A DNA stretch of 64,000 nucleotides, from assembly GCA_965200315.1 (NCBI GenBank), contig OZ241362.1, forward strand, positions 4,288,001 through 4,352,000, in the 5' to 3' direction. The stretch's first letter is position 1; each line of letters opens with the position of its first letter. The notes below the pieces were generated by a model. That model searched no databases. It was given only the letters and a program-made list of their open reading frames with translations, and was not told the DNA's origin. Below are positions 18,684 through 26,651 of the stretch, piece after piece. The translations under genes were made by a program, and so were the position numbers. This DNA comes from Candidatus Latescibacterota bacterium (GTDB taxonomy: Bacteria > Latescibacterota > UBA2968 > UBA8231).

Positions 18684-21600
18684 GCTGTGCTTTCCTTTCG
18701 ATTAAATTGACTCCCTCTCTATCGTCGCTACCGGTCAGTTCGGACAGCAGCCGTTCGCTGAGAAGGGCAAGCAATGCCTTATGAGCGCGATGCGGTGAGC
18801 CAATGCTCTGGGTCAGTTCTTTAAGGACGCTATCGAGGGCTTCGTCGGCATATTGGCGTTGATTCTGGTCAATATCGACCAAGCCGACATGTTCGTAGCC
18901 GTCTGGGCGGGTGATAGTCACGCGGAACGCGTTGAACGGGCCACCGCCATCAGCCCGGTGGTCCGCGTGGAGGGCGACGAGGCGCTGAAACGCGGCAATC
19001 TGCTGCGGAAGCTCATGGCGGAATCGTAGCAGATCGTCGTCTGTCCACTCCGCCGGTGCCTTCTTGGCCACCACTGTGGCGATGGCCTCGATCCAGTCAG
19101 TGTCGGTATCCACGCCGTTGTTGGCCAAGGTGAGGACGAACGCCCGAACCGTAGGATTAAGGACTTCGTTCTCAAGGGCAGCAGCTTGGCCAGTGATTGC
19201 TAGGCGATTAGTCTCTGCACTTGTCTCAAGGAGAAAGTCGAAGAGATCGTTGAGGAGTTGATCGTAACATCCGGCGAGTTCGTTTAGTACAGCACCGATT
19301 TTCCCTGCGTAAGCGTCGGCCTTCTCATAGGTTTTCTTGTCGGCAGGGATGGGCTGAAATCCGAGGGCCTTCGGCAGGCTATCGAAGAGCAGTTCGTCTG
19401 GTTCTACCGCAGCTATAAGGGTATCCCGCGCTTTCAGCGTGGTGGACGTGAGGTTGCTGGTAAGTAGAGTATAGTTGTCGAGAGTCCTCATCTGAGAAAC
19501 TAGATGACCGACAATGGATAGGACATTTGTGACCCGGTGCTTGCGGAACCCCGGCCTCACTCCGAGGTGTGCGGCAATAGCATCGATGACTTGCCGACGG
19601 GCACCAGTGGTGTTGGCGAAGTGCTTGATGTCGAAGTGACTAGGGTTGCGAACCATTCGTTCCGACAAGTCGGGAGTAAGAAGCGGCTTGAAGGTACCGT
19701 GCTCATAAATGGCAATCTCGTCTCTGAAAGCAAGCAGTGCCGCCGTGCCAAATACCGGGATGACTGCGGCCTTCATTCCGACCGGAGGTGAGAGCAGTGC
19801 GGCATAGACATCGCGGAGGTTGATGCGGCGGATTTTGGCTCGTTTGAATTCGTCGTTGAGGATTTCCCAAGCCGGCTGTAGAGAGTGATCGGTAGGCCTG
19901 CGAAAAACCATGGTGTCGTTTCGGACATCGCGGGCGTGGAGCCCGGTCCGTTCCAAGAACGCCCGATACATGGCCACTTCCGGCCCATAGCCATCAAACC
20001 CGAGTCCCGGACTGGTACCACGCTCGATCATGGCCTCGAGCAAGAGACGCCGGGCTTTGGAACCTTGGGTGGTGGGATTGGTACGGTTGAGCATTTCATT
20101 GCAAATCGTCGGCGTGGATGGGTACGCAAGATCGGCCGCCGCTGACAGCGCGGTGCTACCCCGACCGGTGGGCAGTGGGGTTTCACCGGAGGCGTCGAGC
20201 AAGATCCATCGACATGAGTCAGTGCTGAACGTGGTGCTAATGGCGTGTTCAAGTGCGACTCGCGCCTGCGCTAGCCGCTCTCCCAACTCACGGCGGGCTA
20301 CCCAATCAGTTTCGACGACCGGATGCTCCAGAACGGCGGTGACGGCCGCAACTTCCCGAGCGGCCCGGTCGAGTTCGGTCACTTCGTTCGGAATTGCGGC
20401 CACAACCGGTTTGACTGTAGCCGCTGACTGAACCAAGCTCGGTACTGTCCGGTCTGAGCTGATAACGAGCAGAACCTCGCCATCATACGGGGAGAATGCG
20501 TCGAGTGGTTCGACATGCTCACTACCGCCGGCATAGCGCCTAGCAAATACTCGGAGTACGTCGTGTTCTGCACTGTGTCGCGCCGCTACTACGGGTGGAG
20601 GCTGCTCCATGGCCGCTAGGATCTCGACGAGTGGTTGCCTTTGCCCTCGTTCATGGGCCGCGTCAAGGAGATGGCGGATGTCGACATCGGTTCCTTGCCA
20701 GACCCGGTACTCGTCGGCAAAGTCCCGATAGGTGATAACACCGGCTTTCTCAAGGTCAACCAGATCGTCATTCACGTCAGGATCGATGAGGGCGAGTATT
20801 TGACGCGATGCTCGAATCGTTCCAGTCGTCGCCACTAGATTGAGTAGGGCGATGGACTTGACTAGTCGCACCTGTCGTTTTGAGAGACCGTGAATGTCGC
20901 GGATTCGGGTGGCGATCTCAGTCCATCGACTCGACTGGCCGGCAGATAGGACTGCTAATGCACCTCTATCGACAAAATAGTCGAAGATAGCCTCAAGGCC
21001 CAAAGAAGGAAGGGAGCCGCGGCCCGGTAGCTTAGTGGTTGCAAGGAAGGACGCTGCGCTCGCCGGATCAGAGCTAGTTAGGAATGAGAACAACGTCCGT
21101 TCGTGCTGTCCATACCGGTTGCATAGCTCGGGTAATACCATCGCAGCTATGGGGTGCAGTGGGTAGCAAGCAGTTATGACCTCTGGGTCTGCAAGGTCCA
21201 CGATACCAAGTGAACGCATCGTCTTGGCGTGGCCTTGAGCCCAATGAGCAATCCGGTCCCGCAGTTTATCGTCGCCAACCTCAAACACAGTCCCAATTAG
21301 GGATCGTGCTTGGTTGGCCGATTCGACATAAGAGATGTTCTCAAAGCGGCCTTGCACCTTGGCCCATTCACGGTGCTGCGGACCGTCGGTCCCTGTTAGA
21401 TAGTCCTCAAATGACAGATGCTGCAAAGTCAGCATGAAGATGGGTAATCCTGAGCCTTGGCCCGCCTCCGCGATCTGTTGTAACAGATAGGGATCGGCGT
21501 CGTTGCCACCCCGGATCGCTTCGAGGTTCTTGCCAAACTCATCAATGACTAGTAGCAGCGGCGCATCCTCTGCCAAGCACCGAGCGATCTCGACTATCGC

Positions 21601-22149
21601 AGCCGGGGACGGCCCGGTGCGGCGGGGATCATCTGTCGCTGCATCTTCAAGAGCCCCTCTCAGTGTCTTGGCCGCTTGGAACCTGCTGGTGGGAGGAATT
21701 TTGCCGTAGCTACGGAGTACAGCCGCGTGGAGTGCCCGGAGTACGGTGTGGCTGAGTGGTTCACGGTTCGCGGTAACTAGACCACGATAGAATCCCATGT
21801 CTTGGGTCTGGTGGCGTTGGTGAGTCTGTCGGACCAACGCGCCCACCGTCGAAGAAACCTCGTCAATAAGATCCCAAGCGACCGCTCGTGTCGGCGTGGC
21901 TGGACCTAGGGCGGCGTCGAGCAACAAAGCGAGCGACGATTTACCCGAGCCGTAGGGTCCAATCAGTGACCATGCTCCTCCTGATGGTCCCGTCACAGCA
22001 GTCGCGGTTATGCGCTCCACCACATCAAGAGTGCGCATCGTAACGATGTATCCGTTGAGCGGCTCGAATCGATTGACGTCACGTTCGAGGTTTGCTGAGC
22101 GAGCGAAGCGGCCGCGGACGGAGAAATAGTCTGCAAGGACGGCCATCAC
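18676..22149 (-). CDS. sspC: Large P-loop ATPase, SspC-like
   Basis: RFARSANLERD, GPYGSGKSS Walker A, VIDEFGK Walker B, EWAKVQGRF, YPLHP, QHERTLFSFL. Confidence 0.78.
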   Translation of the reverse strand: MMAVLADYFSVRGRFARSANLERDVNRFEPLNGYIVTMRTLDVVERITATAVTGPSGGAWSLIGPYGSGKSSLALLLDAALGPATPTRAVAWDLIDEVSSTVGALVRQTHQRHQTQDMGFYRGLVTANREPLSHTVLRALHAAVLRSYGKIPPTSRFQAAKTLRGALEDAATDDPRRTGPSPAAIVEIARCLAEDAPLLLVIDEFGKNLEAIRGGNDADPYLLQQIAEAGQGSGLPIFMLTLQHLSFEDYLTGTDGPQHREWAKVQGRFENISYVESANQARSLIGTVFEVGDDKLRDRIAHWAQGHAKTMRSLGIVDLADPEVITACYPLHPIAAMVLPELCNRYGQHERTLFSFLTSSDPASAASFLATTKLPGRGSLPSLGLEAIFDYFVDRGALAVLSAGQSSRWTEIATRIRDIHGLSKRQVRLVKSIALLNLVATTGTIRASRQILALIDPDVNDDLVDLEKAGVITYRDFADEYRVWQGTDVDIRHLLDAAHERGQRQPLVEILAAMEQPPPVVAARHSAEHDVLRVFARRYAGGSEHVEPLDAFSPYDGEVLLVISSDRTVPSLVQSAATVKPVVAAIPNEVTELDRAAREVAAVTAVLEHPVVETDWVARRELGERLAQARVALEHAISTTFSTDSCRWILLDASGETPLPTGRGSTALSAAADLAYPSTPTICNEMLNRTNPTTQGSKARRLLLEAMIERGTSPGLGFDGYGPEVAMYRAFLERTGLHARDVRNDTMVFRRPTDHSLQPAWEILNDEFKRAKIRRINLRDVYAALLSPPVGMKAAVIPVFGTAALLAFRDEIAIYEHGTFKPLLTPDLSERMVRNPSHFDIKHFANTTGARRQVIDAIAAHLGVRPGFRKHRVTNVLSIVGHLVSQMRTLDNYTLLTSNLTSTTLKARDTLIAAVEPDELLFDSLPKALGFQPIPADKKTYEKADAYAGKIGAVLNELAGCYDQLLNDLFDFLLETSAETNRLAITGQAAALENEVLNPTVRAFVLTLANNGVDTDTDWIEAIATVVAKKAPAEWTDDDLLRFRHELPQQIAAFQRLVALHADHRADGGGPFNAFRVTITRPDGYEHVGLVDIDQNQRQYADEALDSVLKELTQSIGSPHRAHKALLALLSERLLSELTGSDDREGVNLIERKAQHG

Positions 22150-23141
22150 TGACTCCCCACCAACGGTGCTGCTGTCGGCCTTTTACTCTTATGATCGACT
22201 CGAATGTCGGATGTCGGAAATCCGTAGTAATGGTTGAGGACTTCGGTGGCGACCTCGCTGGGATCTCTTGACCATGAAAGCTGGGATGCTCCTGTAGTGC
22301 TAACTAGCCTGAGCGCGTCTGTTTCATCAATGGTCGGTTCGATGGCTGCGAGAATTTCACCTTCGGTAAGTTTGAAAGCCTTTCCGGGGGCACCTAACTC
22401 ATAAGCAAGGCGACTGAGCATGATCGTGTTCCCCCCGGTGTTGGTACGGGTGATATAGTCTAATACAGAGTAGGTCAATATGGCCGATGGCAGAGTAGGC
22501 TTCGCCCCCAGTGTGAACCGGTATTGACCCGCTGCGGACGAGCGTCCAATCAGATTCAGTTCCCGGAGAGGACAATCCAAGAGGTCGTCAATCCCACTAC
22601 TCCCCGACCTTTCCGCCGGTGCATAGGTGCGCAACAGAACGCTGATGTCCTTCCTGACGGAGGACGGATGAGGCTTAGGCCACTCGGCAATGGCTTCGAG
22701 TTGCGTGGTGATCACCATCTCGAGGTCGTCGTCAGTGAACTCAACGGCGTGAAATTCGTTGAAGGCGAGCCACCACACCGGCAGCCGGGAGGGAGGCGCC
22801 AACAACAACCAATGCAGCAGCCATAGAGTCCCCGGGTCCTCCATATACCGATCCCATCCAGAGTCTCCGAAGAGGGTCTCGCCCAAGATAGTCGGGACCA
22901 GATCGGGAGTCCGGCGGTTGGGAAACTGTGGATCCACTTCGATCAGCTTGGACGCGAGTCCCCAAAAGCGAATCGCTCGGACCATATTCTTGCCAACCCC
23001 AATCTGTACCGGGGCGTCCTCTTGGATGAAGATGCGAGGGGCTTCGGCTACGAAGGTATATGCCTTCCGAAACCATCCGTATCGGGGGTGGAACGTCTCA
23101 TGCCGAGCAAAGATCGGCTCGGCCGCTTCGACTATGCGCAT
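22146..23141 (-). CDS. sspB: DUF4007 family protein, SspB-like
   Basis: FARHETFHPRYGWFRKA, GVGKNMVRAIRFW, DRYMEDPGTLWLLHW, CPLRELNLI. Confidence 0.82.
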   Translation of the reverse strand: MRIVEAAEPIFARHETFHPRYGWFRKAYTFVAEAPRIFIQEDAPVQIGVGKNMVRAIRFWGLASKLIEVDPQFPNRRTPDLVPTILGETLFGDSGWDRYMEDPGTLWLLHWLLLAPPSRLPVWWLAFNEFHAVEFTDDDLEMVITTQLEAIAEWPKPHPSSVRKDISVLLRTYAPAERSGSSGIDDLLDCPLRELNLIGRSSAAGQYRFTLGAKPTLPSAILTYSVLDYITRTNTGGNTIMLSRLAYELGAPGKAFKLTEGEILAAIEPTIDETDALRLVSTTGASQLSWSRDPSEVATEVLNHYYGFPTSDIRVDHKSKRPTAAPLVGSQ

Positions 23142-24308
23142 CTATACCCCTTCCTTTTCCTTGGTCATAGCTCGAACGTACTCAACGGCTGCTATAGTTC
23201 TCTCTACAGCGAGCTCAATGTCCTCCTGTGTGGTGAAACGGCCCAAGCTGAACCTAATCGACTCGAACGCTGCATCACGTGGGATACCCATGGCGAGGAG
23301 AACCTCAGAGGGTTCGATCGAGCCGAAGTTGCAAGCGCTACCCATCGACACCGCAACAGGGTCCATGTTGGTTATGACCGCCTCCGCATCGGCACTCTCG
23401 AAGCGAACATTGGCCGTATTCGGGAGTCTTCGGGTGGTGTCTCCGATGTCGTAAACGCCGGAGAGTCCCGATTTCAAGGCAGAGATCAGGTGCTCGCGGA
23501 GCGTCGCGACCCGTGCTGACTCAAGGATGCGTTCCTTAGTAGCGATGTCGGCGGCAGCCCCGAACCCGAGGATGCCAGCGACATTCAACGAACCCGACCG
23601 CAGCCCTCGTTCGTGCCCGCCGCCGTGGATGATCGGGCGCAATCGTTTCAGGCTATGGCGGGTTCCGACGAGAGCCCCGACACCGGTCGGGCCACAGATC
23701 TTGTGGCTACTTATCGACACGAAATCGGCCCCAACCTGATCGATGTCGAATAGCAGCCGGCCCACCAACTGCGTGGCGTCACAGTGGAACAATGCGCCGG
23801 CTGCATGCACCTGCTCGGAAATCTCCTCTAACGGGTTCAGCACACCGGTCTCGCTGTTTGCCGCCATTACTGACACTAGCAGCATGTCAGTGCCGACAAG
23901 AGCTTCCATTGCATGAGGATCGACGAATCCTCCGTTAGTCACGGGTATAATATCCAGATTTGCCAATTTCTGATCTCTGAGCCACCGTGCGGTCTGACAG
24001 ACTGAAGCATGCTCGACTGCGGAGATCGCGATTCTCGACCGGTCGGTTGGCGCGTCTTCCACCGCCCCTCGTAGTGCCAGATTGTTAGCTTCGGTTGCAC
24101 CCGACGTGAACACCACATTCGATGGGTGGCCGCCGACCATGGCCGCGATGTGCTCACGTGCTTCATCAACTGCGGCGGCTTGGCGGCGGCCAAAGCGGTG
24201 CATAGAGGCTGCATTCCCGACTCTCTCAGTAAGGGCTGGTACCATGACCTCAGCGACACGAGGGTCAAGTGGGGTTGAGCCGTTGTAGTCGAGGTAAACC
24301 TCTCTCAC
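23142..24308 (-). CDS. sspA: IscS-like cysteine desulfurase, SspA/DndA role
   Basis: YLDYNGSTP, FTSGATEANN, HCDATQ, SSHKICGP (PLP Lys), GSAC (catalytic Cys); AAGGAAGG RBS before GTG 24308. Confidence 0.85.
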   Translation of the reverse strand: MREVYLDYNGSTPLDPRVAEVMVPALTERVGNAASMHRFGRRQAAAVDEAREHIAAMVGGHPSNVVFTSGATEANNLALRGAVEDAPTDRSRIAISAVEHASVCQTARWLRDQKLANLDIIPVTNGGFVDPHAMEALVGTDMLLVSVMAANSETGVLNPLEEISEQVHAAGALFHCDATQLVGRLLFDIDQVGADFVSISSHKICGPTGVGALVGTRHSLKRLRPIIHGGGHERGLRSGSLNVAGILGFGAAADIATKERILESARVATLREHLISALKSGLSGVYDIGDTTRRLPNTANVRFESADAEAVITNMDPVAVSMGSACNFGSIEPSEVLLAMGIPRDAAFESIRFSLGRFTTQEDIELAVERTIAAVEYVRAMTKEKEGV

Positions 24309-24462
24309 GACGCCTTCCTTTCCGTTTTGTGCTTGGAACGCGAGCCAACTCCCCTTGGCTACCGCCAAAGTATCAAGACCCAGCTTTATAATGTAAAGCT
24401 AATATACAGACTACTGATAATGCGCCGCCCTATCTCCGACGGTGCATTTCGAGCCAAAGGGT

Positions 24463-24785
24463 CATGGCTAGCGGCTAAAGGCGACCACACATAGCGGTTG
24501 AGTACCCGGTGATAGGTCTGAAAGGTCGGCTGCTGACTCAAGCCCAACACCGCCAACACCGCACGGACCGTGCGTTTACCCGGTTCTAACAGGGGCCCAA
24601 CCAACAGTAGCTGATCCTGTGGCCAAACGCGGCGAGAAAAAACAGGGGCAAACGGCGACAAAATCTTTATTATCTTGTTGGGCAGAGGGCGCATCGGTTC
24701 CTTCTAGGCGGTCGATGCTTGGATACCATCAACAGTACGGACCATACCGGCCTCCTGCTACATCTTTGGATAAAGTCGGGCTCAG
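24463..24785 (-). mobile_element. Truncated IS remnant (IS701-like DDE transposase N-terminus plus left end)
   Basis: FAPVFSRRVW...PGKRTV...FQTYHRVLNRYVWS, truncated after about 77 aa; putative terminal sequence CTGAGCCCGACTTTATCCAA (minus strand) upstream. Confidence 0.65.
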
Positions 24786-24808
24786 AGTCAAGGTCGGGAT
24801 GCTCGGCC
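24781..24808. repeat. 28-bp direct repeat, copy 1 (27/28 identical to 26457-26484)
   Basis: CTCAGAGTCAAGGTCGGGATGCTCGGCC versus CTCAGATTCAAGGTCGGGATGCTCGGCC. Confidence 0.85.
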
Positions 24809-24827
24809 TTTAGGACGCAGCAGCCGA

Positions 24828-26363
24828 TCAATGTAAGCTGGCGATAAAGGCATTGAGAAACGGCAAGAGCACACCAACCAATCCCCCCAGTACCGCCCCC
24901 AGCAAATTGATATAGCGCAGTTGGTCGCTGATGATACTTTTGATCAGTTGCTCCACTCGCAACAGATCGAACTTCATAATGTTGGCGTACACCATGCTTT
25001 GAATGTCGAATCGTTCAATCAGTGCGGGTACTTGCGTCTCCATGATTTTTGTCGCTTTGTCCTGCGCCCACTGCACTAGTGCTTTCTCGTCATCGCGTCT
25101 CAGGCCGGTCCACTCCCGCAACGGTGTGCGACTGTGCTGTAGGCGTTCCCGCAAGAAAGTGCTCAACTGTACACTCCAAGGTTCAATTTTGTCGCTGGGC
25201 AGTTGCAAAGCCTTTGACAGGCGCTGGCGCATGGTGCGCTTCACCTTCTTTGGGAGCATCTCGTCGAGTTGACGCTTGTGGTGCTGGTGGTACTGATGGC
25301 GCAAAAAGCTCCCTAGTGCGTCTTGGGCCTCGGTGCTCGAAATCCAAGTCGCGGCAATAGAGCCGACGCGCTGGGCCAAAACATGGCGATGCTCTCCCAC
25401 CACTTCTGCCACCGGCTTGCGCAACAAGTCGTTGACGCTGTCGATTAGCTGGTTAGCGAACTTCTCGCGCACTTCCTCGCTGTGCAAAAACTCTCGGGCC
25501 AACTGGGGAATGCGCTGGCGCAATGCTTGGGTAATCTCTTCCCGAAAAAAGTGTAATCCCAAGCTGGCAATCAGGCTCTTGAGCCAATTCGCTTGGCCGG
25601 AGTACGCTTCAAGAGCTTTCAAAATTCGCTCGACTAGAGACTCTACATTTTCCGGGTCTCTCAGCCAGCGGGCTATGCGCACGAGGATTTCCGGGATTTC
25701 GCGCTGCAAACGGTCATGTAATACGTCGCGCAATTCCGCCGGGACGATTTTCTCTAGCGGCGTATCCGATCCGAGATAGCCCTCCAACCGCTCCTGCAGG
25801 ATGCGAGTCAAGTGCTCTCGCGTTTCCCGCTTGGCCAGTACGCCGCTGGCCATGTCGATGAATTCGTCGAGCTGCTTTGCCGATAGCACCTGTCCGACTT
25901 GCAGTGCGCCCAAGCGCGCTTCGAGGGCGTCTAAAAGCCACCGCTTCGACTCCAGTCCGGCCTTGCTTTCGCTCCAGTCGGCGATCCATTCGAGCAGCCG
26001 GCGCGTTGCTTTGTCTAGGCCAGCGCCGCGCCAGTCCGGTGGCAGTTGGGCAAAGCCAGAGGCCAAGCTGGTACTTAACAACCGATTTATCTGAGCGGCA
26101 ACCCAGCAATGCAAACTCTTCTGAAGAGTCGCGTTCTGTAGCTGCTCTAACAAGTAGTCTCTGGCCAACAAATCGGTCCCCACAACCTTGGAGATATTGC
26201 TGGCTAGTTTCTCCTTATTGCGCGGAATAACCCCTTGCCAGCCTAGGCTGTACCAGCGCGGTCGCAGCGGACGGAACAGGGACTTGATGGCCATCCAATT
26301 GGTGCCAAAACCGATGAGTGCCCCCAGCGCAGCACTGGCGACGATTTGGATTATAGTGATCAA
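24828..26363 (-). CDS. DUF445/UPF0754 (YheB-like) membrane-anchored protein
   Basis: GALIGFGTNWMAIKSLFRP...QGVIPRNKEKLA; C-terminal QLRYINLLGAVLGGLVG. Confidence 0.85.
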   Translation of the reverse strand: MITIIQIVASAALGALIGFGTNWMAIKSLFRPLRPRWYSLGWQGVIPRNKEKLASNISKVVGTDLLARDYLLEQLQNATLQKSLHCWVAAQINRLLSTSLASGFAQLPPDWRGAGLDKATRRLLEWIADWSESKAGLESKRWLLDALEARLGALQVGQVLSAKQLDEFIDMASGVLAKRETREHLTRILQERLEGYLGSDTPLEKIVPAELRDVLHDRLQREIPEILVRIARWLRDPENVESLVERILKALEAYSGQANWLKSLIASLGLHFFREEITQALRQRIPQLAREFLHSEEVREKFANQLIDSVNDLLRKPVAEVVGEHRHVLAQRVGSIAATWISSTEAQDALGSFLRHQYHQHHKRQLDEMLPKKVKRTMRQRLSKALQLPSDKIEPWSVQLSTFLRERLQHSRTPLREWTGLRRDDEKALVQWAQDKATKIMETQVPALIERFDIQSMVYANIMKFDLLRVEQLIKSIISDQLRYINLLGAVLGGLVGVLLPFLNAFIASLH

Positions 26364-26364
26364 T

Positions 26365-26397
26365 GGTGGAGATAGGAGCGTCGAGCCAAAGGATCAT
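26365..26397 (-). pseudogene. N-terminal stub of a DUF5615 PIN-like toxin
   Basis: ATGA overlap with the DUF433 stop; reads MILWLDAPIS, then similarity ends and the DUF445 gene begins. Confidence 0.55.
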
Positions 26398-26618
26398 GCA
26401 GCGAGAACTGGATGATTCAGCCGTTCACTGGCAAAGCGCAGACAGGCGCGAATATCCTCAGATTCAAGGTCGGGATGCTCGGCCAAAATCTGTTTAGTAG
26501 TCAAGTCGGCGGCGAGCAAATCCAGTACATCCGTGACGCGAATCCGCATCCCCCGAATACAAGGACGTCCCCCACATTGCTTGGGATTTACCGTGATGCG
26601 ATCGGCTAGAATAGCCAT
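26394..26618 (-). CDS. DUF433 family antitoxin
   Basis: RITVNPKQCGGRPCIRGMRIRVTDVLDLLA...HPDLESEDIRACLRFA. Confidence 0.9.
   Translation of the reverse strand: MAILADRITVNPKQCGGRPCIRGMRIRVTDVLDLLAADLTTKQILAEHPDLESEDIRACLRFASERLNHPVLAA
26457..26484. repeat. 28-bp direct repeat, copy 2 (inside the DUF433 gene)
   Basis: Matches 24781-24808 at 27 of 28 positions. Confidence 0.85.
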
Positions 26619-26651
26619 AGCGGTCCTTTCTTACACAGTTCTATTTCAAGT

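Noticed and set aside
17835-23141. BREX type 4 or DndABCDE assignment for the DUF4007/ATPase/PAPS-reductase genes
   Set aside because: No PglZ or BrxL, DUF4007 and PAPS reductase are separate genes, and no SMC-like DndD or DndE is visible; the gene order fits SspABCD better
23142-24368. Housekeeping iscS and the longer 408-aa start
   Set aside because: No isc/suf context; the RBS supports GTG at 24308
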